Below, piece by piece: positions 47,822 through 58,858 of a DNA stretch of 64,000 nucleotides. How positions within the stretch are numbered: position 1 is the first letter of the stretch; the number at the start of each line of letters is the position of its first letter. The notes under the pieces were generated by a model. The model searched no databases and was not told the DNA's origin. It worked only from the letters and a program-made list of their open reading frames with translations. This stretch comes from Malacoraja senta (lineage: Eukaryota): positions 56,544,001 to 56,608,000 of the forward strand of contig CM075977.1 of assembly GCA_038087875.1 (NCBI GenBank). The letters run 5' to 3'. Made by a program: the position numbers and the translations under genes.

Positions 47822-48224
47822 TAACTGTTTGGGTGGAAATAATATGCTGCATGACATATATTTGCAGTGAGCAGGATATCCAAGCTAATCTTTCTCTCTT
47901 CACTAAAAATACTTTATTCTGTACATTTTCTATTTTGGGGATGAAAACAGAAAATGCTGGGAATGCACTGTAGTTCAGACAGAGTCCATGGAAAGAGAAA
48001 TGGGACCTTTTGTTGGAACTGGGAAAGAAAGAAAAGCTGTTTTCATTGAAGGAGTGACTATTCTCTGCTACTGCAAACTAACTTGTTTTTCCCTCTCCCC
48101 CAATTCTGTTGAAGGGTCAGAGATCTGGGTGTTTCCAGCAATTTTAATTTTAATTTCAAATTTCCAGCATCTACTGTTTTTTAATTTCCATTTATATATT
48201 TTTGGATCTGGTCTTATCCATATA

Positions 48225-49060
48225 TAAATAAAGATGCAAAGTGCAGGAATAACTAATCGAGTCATGCAGCATTTCTGGAGAACATAGATAGGTATTTGGT
48301 CTGGACTCCAGACGGATTGTGGTCAAGGAATGTAGGTGGAGGATAAGGGGCAAAATAGGTGCAGGTCCAGGTGGGCCACAGGGGAGAGAGGAGGGATGAA
48401 GAAAGTTGGGTGGGGGAAGAAGGGGAGGGGGGGGGGGGTTTGTGTAGTTACCTAAAATTGGAGAATTGGATGTTCATCTGGATGCAGTACATGAGATTAG
48501 AGGAGGTTGCTGAGCATCACCTCTAAACTTTTTTTACTGCAAATTGTGTTCCTGACATGACCTCTTGTATATTGGCGAGATCAAGCATATACTCGGTGAT
48601 CATTTCGCTAAGCACTTGCACTCGGTTCGGCAAAGCCTGCTGGATCTCCTGGTTGCTAACTATTTTAACTCCTCTTCCCATACAGACCTTATGGTCCTGG
48701 GCCTCCTCCATTGCTGGACTGAGGCCATACGCAAACTATAGGAGCAGCACCTTATGTTCCACTTGGGTAGCTTTCAACCCAATTGCGTGAAAATTGAATT
48801 TTTCAATTATAGAAAATTCTGCAAATCAGCCCCCCCCTTTGTCCCCTATCCCTCCCCATTTCTTCCCCCTCCCCCTCTCTCCTGTGAGGACTCACACCTA
48901 TTTCTCCCCTTCCCCTCTCCCTCCCCTTCTACCAACATTCTTTCTTGTAGCTTCACACTTTGCAACTCTCAATCCTGTTGACCATCGCCTTTTCATCTTT
49001 CACCTTTGTCCAACCACCTGCCTATCAAATACCTCTGGCACCTGTATCCCGACCTGAAAG
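48225..49060 (+). mobile_element. Penelope-like element remnant (GIY-YIG endonuclease) with an inverted upstream piece; resumes at about 51290-51590
   Basis: From about 48561, degenerate LLYIGEIKHILGDHFAKHLHSV, VANYFNSSSHTDL and RKL*EQHLMFHLGSFQPN...IEFFNYR. An inverted 3' piece lies at 48225-48480. Confidence 0.72.
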
Positions 49061-49074
49061 GTTAACATATGGTA

Positions 49075-51288
49075 CTCGCTGCCGTTTGGAAGAATGAGGG
49101 GGGACCTTATTGAAACGTACAGAATAGTGTAAGGCTTGGATTGAGTGGACGTGGAGAGGATGTTTCCACTACTGGGAGAGTCTAGGACTAGAGGTCATAG
49201 CCTCAGAATTAAAGGACATTTTCAGGAAGGAGATGAGGAGGTACATGGAGTCACAGATGGAGCAGCAGGAGGTGCAGGGACAAGATGGAGTCACAGATGG
49301 AGCAGCAGGACACCAGACACCTTAGGCAGGGGCTTCGGACTATAACTAAATACCGGAGCACCCTCCCCCCCCTTACCGGAAGTGCCAGCACCTCCCTAGC
49401 TGATGACCTGAACTCTTTCTATGCACGTTTCGAGACAGGCAACATCACCCCAGGCGTGCCAGCTAACAACAACACCGCCCGCGAGCTGGCCAGCGAGGCT
49501 GGAGGGAGGTCCTCCGCTGGGGATGGATACACATTCTCATTGCCCGAGCACGACGTGAGGAGGGCTCTGACACAAGGGCTCTGACACACGTGAACACGAG
49601 GAAAGCTGCTGGCCCAGATGGCATATCTGGGCGAGTATTTAAGTCCTGTGCTACTCAGCTAGCTCTGGTGCTCAATACAATATTCAACCTCTCCCTGGCC
49701 TAGTCCGTGGTCCCTGCCTGCTTCAAAAGATCCATCATTGTACCTGTCATGAAATGCTTTGAGAGGCAGGTCAAGAACCACATCTCACAACAAGGACCCG
49801 CTACAGTTCACATACCGTCCGAACAGATCCACGGACGATGCGATCTCCCATGCACCCCGCTCTCTCTCACCTTGACAGCCAGAAGGGGGGCTATGTGAAG
49901 ATGCTGTTCATTGACTTCAGTTCAGCCTTCAACACGATAGTCCCCACCAGACTTGCTGAGAAGCTGCTGGAATTGGGGCTCAACACCCCCCTGTGTGCCT
50001 GGGTCCTGGACTTTCTCACCGACAGGCCCCAGGTAGTCAAGATGGGAGAAAATACATTGAAGACCCTCACACTGAGCACAGGATCCCCCCCAGGGTTGCA
50101 TCCTCAACCCCCTACTGTACTCCCTGTACACACATGACTGTGTGGCCAGGTTTAGCTCCAACTCTGTAATCAAGTTTGCTGATGACACTGTGGTGGTGGG
50201 CCTGATCACCGAAAATAATGAGAAGAGCTGATCTGGCACTCTGGTGTCAGGACAACAGCCTCCTCTTGAATGTCAAAAAAACGAAGGAGCTGATCGTGGA
50301 CTTTCGGAGGGCACAACATCCGAGGACGTACATGCCACTGAAGATAAATGGGGATAATGTGGATAGGGTGAGCTGCTTTAAATAGCTGGGAGTCCACATC
50401 TCAGAGGATCTGACATGGACATCACACGCTGCCACACTGGTGAGTAAGGCAAGGCAGCGCCTTTACCACCTCAGGCAATTGAGGAAATTCAGTCTCTCTG
50501 AGGATCCTCCAGTGCTTCTACTCAGCGGCTGTAGAAAGCATCTTGTCCGGAAACATCACAATCTGGTTTGGGAACTGCGCTGCCCAGGACAAGAAGACTC
50601 TGCAGAGAGTAGTACATTTGGCCAAACGCACTGTGGGAACTACACTCACCCCTCTGCAGGAACTATACATCAGAAGGTGCAGATCCAGAGCCAGCAACAT
50701 TATGGGGGACCCCTTCCACCCCAACAACAGACTGTTCCAGCTGCTACGGTCAGGCAAATGCCTCCGCTGTCATGCTGTGAAAACAGAGAGGATGAGAAGG
50801 AGTTTCTTCCCAGAGGCCATTAGGACTGTAAACTCTCATCTCACCAGGGACTAACTTACTGTACCAATTTACTGTTGTGTTGTGTCTTTTTAAAATTGCA
50901 GTTTTTTTCTCACAATATGTAATTACTGATTCTGTTCTATTCTGTTTTGTAGGGTTTTTTTTTGCACAATCCGCAAGCATTGCCACTTTTCAATTCACTG
51001 CACATCTCGTATGCGTATGTGACAAATAAACTTGACTTGACTTGAAACATTTCTTTAGTCAGAGGGTGGTGAATCTGTGGAATTCTTTGCCACAGAAGGC
51101 TGTGGAGACCGTCAGTGGATATATTTAAGGCAGAGATGGAAAGATTCTTGATTAGTACAGGTGTCAGAAATTATAGGGAAAAGGCAGAAGAATGGGGTGA
51201 GGAGGGAGAGATAGATCAGCCATGATTGAATGGCAGAGTGGACTTGATGGGCCAAATGGCCTAATTCTGCTATCACATGATCTTATGA
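49075..51288 (+). mobile_element. CR1 3' fragment split by a Rex1/Babar insertion (parts 49075-49240 and 51046-51288)
   Basis: VDVERMFPLLGESRTRGHSLRIKG, resuming at FFSQRVVNLWNSLP after the insertion. Confidence 0.8.
49241..51045 (+). mobile_element. Degenerate, 5'-truncated Rex1/Babar LINE
   Basis: [39 protein letters not shown] and RSFFPEAIR, with many frameshifts. 3' stem-loop plus (CTTGA)n. Confidence 0.88.
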
Positions 51289-52235
51289 AACTTCACCAAT
51301 TCCTTTTTCTAGAGATGATGCTGCTTGACCCACTGAGTTACTCCAGCATTTTGTGCCTGTCTTTGGTGTAAACCAACATCTGCAGTTCCTTCCTAGACAT
51401 ACCACATATTACCTGACCGGCTTTGTTTTAACCCTCCTCTCTTTCAGCGCCCCCCCTTTCCCCTTCACAATGTCTGAAGAAGGGTCCAGACCCAAAACCT
51501 ACCAATGTTCTCCAAAGATGATGCCTGACCCGCTGATTTATTCCAACACTTTGTGTCATCTTTTGTAAACCAGCATTTCTTTCCACATATAAATGTTCAC
51601 ATCAATTGAATTCAACCACACAGTGGATAAATTTGTAGCAATTTCTCATTTTCTGATCTCACATACAAGTAACTTTATCTGGCATAGACCGTTCCCAAGT
51701 GAAGATTGTGCCCATTGGACAATAGGCCCAGGCAATTCTATGCACAGTTTATCTTGGTGCACCTGATATTTGTCCGGGGTCAGTGATGCACCTAATGGCA
51801 TCACCAGTTACACACGGCATATTACCTCTGTACTGATGTAAATTGGAGACTTTGGATGCAGTCCATGACCTTGCTGAACACTCACAGTAGTCACTGGGAG
51901 TTCTTTAATCGGTGTTCACTTTAAACGGACACTCTGTTCACAGCAAGAGATCAGATGGGACAGGTTCACGATTCACTGCAGGCTGCATAAACACCACCAA
52001 AGTTCACTGAATGTGCTTAGACTAACAGGGAGTGTGTGTCTAGCATGAAGCTGCCACAAATCCCATTAAGTGGGACCTCAAGTTGTGATACCATGGCAGC
52101 TCTCCATTAGCAACCTATTCCAGCTGATTATAGAAGTGTCCTCAGCAAAAGCTGTAGCCACACCAGAATCGATGAAGAATAATATCTGCTCTAAATGAAA
52201 ATGCATTTGAACAAAATATGTTCAACATCATTATG

Positions 52236-52445
52236 CTGAAGAAGGGTTCCATCACCTGTCCATGTTCTCCAGAGATGCTGCCCGACCTGCTGAGTTGCTC
52301 CAGAACTTTGAATCTTTTTTTTATAAACCAACATCTGCAGGTGATGTTTCGGGTCGGAACCCTTCTTCAGAACCCGAAACGTCACCTATCCATGTTCTCC
52401 AGAGATGGTGCCTGACCCACTGAGCACTCCAGCCCTTTGTGCCAA
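52236..52445. mobile_element. Cluster of Penelope pLTR fragments in both orientations, including a minus-strand hammerhead motif (52340-52370)
   Basis: Minus strand CTGAAGAAGGGTTCCGACCCGAAACATCACC, with + strand copies on each side. Confidence 0.65.
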
Positions 52446-52724
52446 CAGTCTGAAGGTGGCTCATCTAGGGTAAGAGCTTCTTGTGGGTCATCTGGACATC
52501 TGTATTGACTCAAAGGAAAAGGGATCAATCGTACAAGGGTCGCTGTGATGCAGCACTAGAACTATGAAACCCACATATATGTGGTGAAATGGGAGAACAC
52601 TGAGCTGTATTATTTCAACTAAAAATATGATTTATAAAGTCTTATTATTTGACTTTTTCTATTAAAATGATGTTGAACATATAAGCATTGTTCAACTGCA
52701 TTTAATTTAGAGCAAATATTATCT

Positions 52725-53025
52725 TTAGACTTTAGAGATACAGCGCGGAAACGGTCCCTTTGGCCCAATGTGTCCGTACCGACCTGTGATCACCCTACAC
52801 TAACACTATCCCAAATATTAGGGACAATTTTACAACTTACCAAAGCCAATTAACCTACAAACCTGTACATCTTTGGAGTGTGGGAGGAAACCGGAGCACC
52901 CGGCAAAAACACGAGGTCACAAGAAGAACGTACAAACTCCATTTTGACAGCACCCGTAGTCAGGATCGAACCTGGGTCTCTGGTGCTGCAAGCACTATAA
53001 GGCTGCAACTACTACGGTGCTACCC
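52725..53025 (-). mobile_element. V-SINE (HE1-like)
   Basis: Same structure as 11918-12210. Confidence 0.82.
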
Positions 53026-53267
53026 TTAATCGCCCTTCATCGATTTTGTTGTGACTGTTGCTGGCATTGCTGTAGACATTCAGACTGTTGGCCATGGCCA
53101 GTGGAAAGAACATTGTGGGATGAGTGGCTGTGGGACACAGGTGAATATGCTGCTTAGGAGGTTGATGTGGGGAGTGAATTGTGAAAGGAGACATCAATGC
53201 GCTGAACCTGCCACCCGATGGTGTCCTGGGACTAGGGTGCGACAATCAGTTGGCATTCAACCTCCTG

Positions 53268-53433
53268 ACGAGAGAGCTAGATAGGGCTCTTAAAGATAGC
53301 GGAGTCAGGGGATATGGGGAGAAGGCAGGAACGGGGTACTGATTGGGGATGATCAGCCATGATCACATTGAATGGCGGTGCTGGATCGAAGGGCCGAATG
53401 GCCTACTCCTGCACCTATTGTCTATGTCTATTG
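53268..53433 (+). mobile_element. CR1/HER1 3' end
   Basis: GAGAGAGCTAGATAGGGCTC...GGGCCGAATGGCCTACTCC. Confidence 0.8.
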
Positions 53434-53575
53434 ACACAATGCAAACCCACCGACAGATTTTAAATCTCTAGAGTTTGCTCCCTGCTGTGATCAATCTTCT
53501 CTCTGAAATCTGCACATAGTGCAATTTAAGCAGGACTCTGTTCACACTGAAAGCAAGAATGAATGGGTGTTTGGA

Positions 53576-54865
53576 TACCACCGGGTGCGCCGTACAATTG
53601 GCAGCCTCGCCAACAGTCTGTCTGTTTTTTAGTATTTTTTAGTTATTTTTAGTGTGTTTTAAAAGTTTGTGTAAATGTTCCCTGGTTTCTTTTATGTGGG
53701 AGGTGGGGAAGGGGGTCGGGGGAAACTTTTTTCAGTCTCTTACCTTGCCAGAGATGCGATTGGTTTTCGGGTCGTCTCTCCGGTCGCTCTGCGGCCTAAA
53801 GGGCCTGTCCCACTTGGGCGACCTAATCCGCGAGTTCTGGCAAGTTTGCCCTCGACTTATACTCGCAGCATGGTCGACACGAGGTCGTAGGAGGTCTTTG
53901 TAACTCTCCTTCATGCTCGAGAGTGGTCTCCACGTACTCGAGGCCTCAGCGTTTTTTTCAATATGTTAAAAAATGCCCGCGAGTAAAGGTCGCCATGGAA
54001 AAATTCGATACTTTTTTTACTCGTAGGTTTAGTCGTAGTAGGTCGTAGTAGGTCGGGATGTTAGTCGTAGGTAGTCAAGGGTAGTCGTAGATACTCTTCA
54101 TCATTGTCGAAGTGAGGTCGAAGGAGATCGAAGGAGGTCGTCTTCACTCTCCACTATTCGGTGTCCAATTTTCCCGAAGTTAGTCGTAGCTAGTCGAAGC
54201 TAGTCTTCAACATAGTCAAAGGAGGTCGAAGGAGGTCTTCTACATAGTCAAAGGAGGTCTTCAACTTGTCATTTTTTCAAACTCTTCTAAACTCGCCAAT
54301 TAGGTCGCCCAAGTGGGACAGCCCCTTAACATCTTGGGGCTGGAGGCCTCCTCGGGACTGACTTTGAGCCCCACCGCGGTGCGTGGACTTACCATGAGGG
54401 CCGATCCCTTGCCTGGGATCGCTCCAACCGCAGCCTGCAGATTTGACCATCAAGGGTTCGCAGTCTCAGGAGAGACTGAGTCGGGAGGCTCCAACGACGC
54501 AGAGGTTCGACCAGCCCCGAACTGCGGTTCGATCGCCGGCGAGGGGGAGCTGAGATTTCTCCCCCCCCCCGATGCAGGAGCTGATCGCCCCGATGTGGAG
54601 GGCTCGACCACAGGCTACGGGAGTAAGATTGTCCCATCAACGGAAGGCTCGAGGCCCTCAACCACGGGAGAACAAAGAAGGGAAGAGATTGAACTTTTTT
54701 TTCGCCTTCCATCACAGTGAGGAATGTGGAGGAGTCACTGCGGTGGATGTTTATGTTAAAATGCATTTTGGGTGTTCAGTTGCTTTTTATTTGTATGACT
54801 GACTTGGCAAATGAAATTCCTCGTATGTTGCAAAATTCCTCGTATGTTGAAATTCCTCGTATGTT
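53576..54865 (+). mobile_element. GC-rich non-autonomous retroposon, structured family, copy E (interrupted by MITE 6)
   Basis: Colinear with copy B. Family hairpin at 54708-54747. The end stutters AAATTCCTCGTATGTT three times. Confidence 0.75.
53800..54326. mobile_element. PIF/Harbinger-type MITE 6
   Basis: TIR AGGGCCTGTCCCACTTGGGCGACCTAAT, TSD TAA (53797-53799 and 54327-54329). The interior is the reverse-complement relative of MITE 4. Confidence 0.85.
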
Positions 54866-57602
54866 CCTCGGGAAAACATGTCTTTCCTCCTACAGTAAAG
54901 AAAAAAGCGTCAAAGAATCATGTCTTGTTGCTGCTAATGGAACATGATCTGCTCATGTGTGGCATCTCTCTGCTCATGCCTGATAACAGTTTCTTTATAT
55001 GCAGTATTGCTTTACTACTGGGGAACCTTGAACTGCTCCTGGTTTATTGGTTTATTATTATCACGTGTACGAAGTTACAGTGAAAATTTTTGTGTTGCGT
55101 AATATTCTGCCTAATCCTACCATACATAAATACATCAAAATTGTGCTAAGGAGAAAAAGTAGGTTCAGTAAGTAACTGAGGTAGGTTCCCACGCAGGTGG
55201 TTGGGATAGTTTTTTCACTGTTAGATAGTCCTGGTCCAGGGATCAGAAACCCACCAGAACTTTCATATCCAAATACCCATGCCCAACAGAACAGTCATCT
55301 GCTCACAAATTATGTCTCAATGTATAATGAGGGCATTAAGCAGGACAACAGTTAGTACTGCTGCCTCAAGGTCCTAACTTAAAGCATTGTCTATGTTGGG
55401 TTTGCACATTCCCCCTGTCGACACCCCTGTGGGTTTTCACTGTCTGCTCCAGTTTCTTCCCACATCTCTTCGATGTGCTGGCAGGTTAATTAACTCCTGC
55501 AAATCATGCATTCATTTACATTAGTGGCAAAGGGATTAAATGGACATGTGTGAAAGAGTTGTTTGCAGGGCTCAAAGGAAATAAGGAGAGGAGGAAAAAG
55601 GGGACCAACTTTTGGAGATTGCTCCCTTGGGAGCCAACATGAACCCAGAGGGTTGTAAAAGGAAAGACATCAAGCTGCTCCCATGTAGCACAGGTCAGAC
55701 ATCTATCTACATGATGGTGAAAGTGCAGAGAAGCAGAAAGGTTTTCTGTGGCTCTGCTTGTGCCTTTACAGCCTGAACCAGCTGTGTGGTGGGACTGTTG
55801 CCCATACATAGCCAAGAGGTATGCCTAACAGGCAGGGCAGAGGACATGACCATTGGCTCTGTGCAACCTCCTATGGGAGCTGTTCTAAGCTGGACTCTGC
55901 TGAGCTCCCAGTCAGTCCTTGCATTCCTTGCCGGGCCACTTGTCAGCTCACTCCCGATCTCACTGTGTGTCTGCTTTATTTGTGTCATCCCATTTTGTCG
56001 CCCTCATCCGCGTTGGATGGGACAGTGGCGAATCCCTGGTCTCTGACGTACGTCTGCACCAGATTCCCTGCAGCTCAAGCGAGACTGCTGGATCCTCATT
56101 TCTCCCCCACAAACCCAATCTGTTCATCCCTCACAAACCCAATCTGTTCATCGTGCCAGTCTCTTAGATGGTTCTATAAATGAAAGTAACCTTTCTATAA
56201 ATGAATGTAACCTTAAGGAGAATATCACCATTCTCCTCCTCCACTTTTTCCTCTAGTGCCCTCTTCCTGTTCTGTTTCCACTTCTAGGCAATGGAGGTTG
56301 GGGTACCATGTGACCTATTCCAATCCCTTGTTTAAGCAGACAAGACAGAACATAGTTGAAGTTGAATGGTAATGCAGGAACACGGATGTTAATAATGATA
56401 CTTATGGATGATTGAATCAAAGGGAATGTAATGATCGCAATGAAATGTTTGTCAGTGAACACACCTAACAGATTACTGATGAAATTTATTGCTGAAGTGG
56501 TTTAGAGATTGTTAGCCCTGCTACCCATGATTTGTGCGATTATGTTCCCAATATGGGTCAGGCAGTTCAAATGTGAGAGCCCTCTTTGCAGTTCTGCTTT
56601 TTCAATGGACTCCCTCTTATTTGTCTGTCCTTTTCTTCAGCAGAACAGATAAAGGACATTAGATTTCCTTTTCATTATTGTCTCTCAACGGGTATGACCT
56701 GTCTGTGGCAGCATTCTGGGGAGTGCAATGATTAAAGTGAGGGTGGTGGTGGATGTAAGTGGATGTAAGTGCTTGTTTCTGTTCCCCTCTCACTGCTCTC
56801 TTCCATGGAATCCACAGTATGTGTTGCAACTCTCGGAGTTCCAAGAGGAGTGTGTCTTTGAGGGCTGATACCATTCTCTGATTGTTGCATACAAATTGTA
56901 GTCTCCTGTGCCAAATTGAGTGAGTTTCCATTGGGAATTATGCAAGACCATTTTAATGTAAAATCCGAGATTTAAACTAACATAACGCTATTTCTAATGT
57001 TTTTGTGGCCAATTTTATTGCTTTTCTGCTGAGATTCACTAGTTGTTGGCACTATAAGCAGTGTTTTTTTGTGCTCAATAAAGAGTGAAATTCATATTCC
57101 AAGCAGTATGGTTCTATAAATGTAATTTATTTATTTTTCTGGCCAGAGCTTAATTAATCATTCTTTAAAGAGTCCGGTGCTGTAAATATAATGAATGCTC
57201 ACTGATTCACTTTTTACGCGGGCCGTTGTAATCAGCAAAATGAATTCCTTGCAATTATCCTCATGGCATCCAATGCCAAAATACTTTAAATGCTGGGGTT
57301 TGGAAGTCCACATCCAAGGGATGTTTCTCTCAGGCAAAAAAAACTTGTTGTTTAATACCCATCATTTAGATATTTTAAGCAAAAGTAACAGCAGTCTGAT
57401 TTTTGACACACGCCAAGAACTACGTATTTGTAAACTCTGGCTCTCCTGCCAATCACAATGCCAATCTGTCAGCCACCATTTAGACAGTTGCTTTACTAAC
57501 GTGCTTCACAGTGACATCAGGCAGCCTTGACATCATCGTGATTGACAAGTGGCTTTTCCATCACAAATAGTTTGGGGGGTTTTCATATTTTGTGTAGATT
57601 GT

Positions 57603-57988
57603 TTAGAAATATATAAAATTCTCAAAGGACAGGCTAGATGCAGGAAATAAAATTCCCATGTTGGAGGAGTCCAGAACCAGGGGTCACAGTTGAAGAATAA
57701 GGGGTAGGCCATTTAGGACTGAGGTGAGGAAAAACTTTTTCACCCAGAGAGTTGTGAATCTGTGGAATTCTCTGCCACAGGAGGCTGTGGAGGCCAATTC
57801 ACTGGATGTTTTCAAGAGAGAGTTAGATTTAGCTTTTAGGGCTAAGGGAATCAAGGGATATGGGGAAAAAGCAGGAATGGGGTACTTATTTTAGATGATT
57901 TTAGATGTCAGCCATGATCATATTGAATGGTGGTGCTGGCTCGAAGGGCCGAATGGCCTACTCCTGCACCTATTTTTCTATGTTTCTA
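57603..57988 (+). mobile_element. CR1/HER1 3' end
   Basis: Same subfamily as 25011-25380. Confidence 0.85.
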
Positions 57989-58261
57989 ATGGGTAAAATT
58001 ATACGGCCAGTGCATGGAATGTAGAAACATGGAAGCATGGAAAATAGGTGCAGGAGTAGGCCATTCGGCCCTTCGAGCCAGCCCCGCCATTCAATATGAT
58101 CATGGCTGATCATCCAGAATCAGTACCATCCACTACCTTCTGTGGCAGAGAATTCCACAGATTCACAATATAGGGGAAGAAAACTTATTTTCCAACTATA
58201 CCTTGCAGAGGCATTTCCCTTATTGTGTATCTGCACACTGTAAATGGATCGGTTGTAATCA

Positions 58262-58858
58262 TATAACCATATAACCATATAACCATAACAGCACGGAAAC
58301 AGGCCATCTCGGCCCTTCAAGTCCGTGCCGAACATAATTTTTTTTTTTTTTTTTTTTTTACATTTTTATTTTTTATTTTTTATTTAAATTAAAAATAAAA
58401 TACTTTCCCCTAGTCCCATCTACCTGCACTCAGACCATAACCCTCCATTCCTTTCCCGTCCATATACCCATCCAATCTATTTTTAAAGGATAACATCGAA
58501 CCTGCCTTCACCACTTCCACTGGAAGCTCATTCCACACAGCTACCACTCTCTGAGTAAAGAAGTTCCCCCTAATGTTCCCCCTAAACTTCTGTCCCTTAA
58601 TTCTCAAGTCATGTCCCCTTGTTTGAATCTTCCCTACTCTCAATGGGAAAAGCTTATCCACGTCCACTCTGTCTAACCCGCTCATAATTTTAAAGACCTC
58701 TATCAAGTCCCCTCTTAACCTTCTGCGCTCCAAAGAATAAAAACCTAACTTGTTCAACCTTTCTCTGTAACTTAGTTGCTGAAACCCAGGCAACATTCTA
58801 GTAAATCTCCTCTGTACTCTCTCTATTTTGTTGACATCCTTCCTATAATTAGGCGACC
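58262..58858 (-). mobile_element. Young CR1 3' fragment inserted into a Rex1-type 3' UTR
   Basis: Open frame MLPGFQQLSYRERLNKLGFYSLERRRLRGDLIEVFKIM...FFTQRVVAVWNELP and a (TATATGGT)n tail. The host sequence resumes at 58859. Confidence 0.88.
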
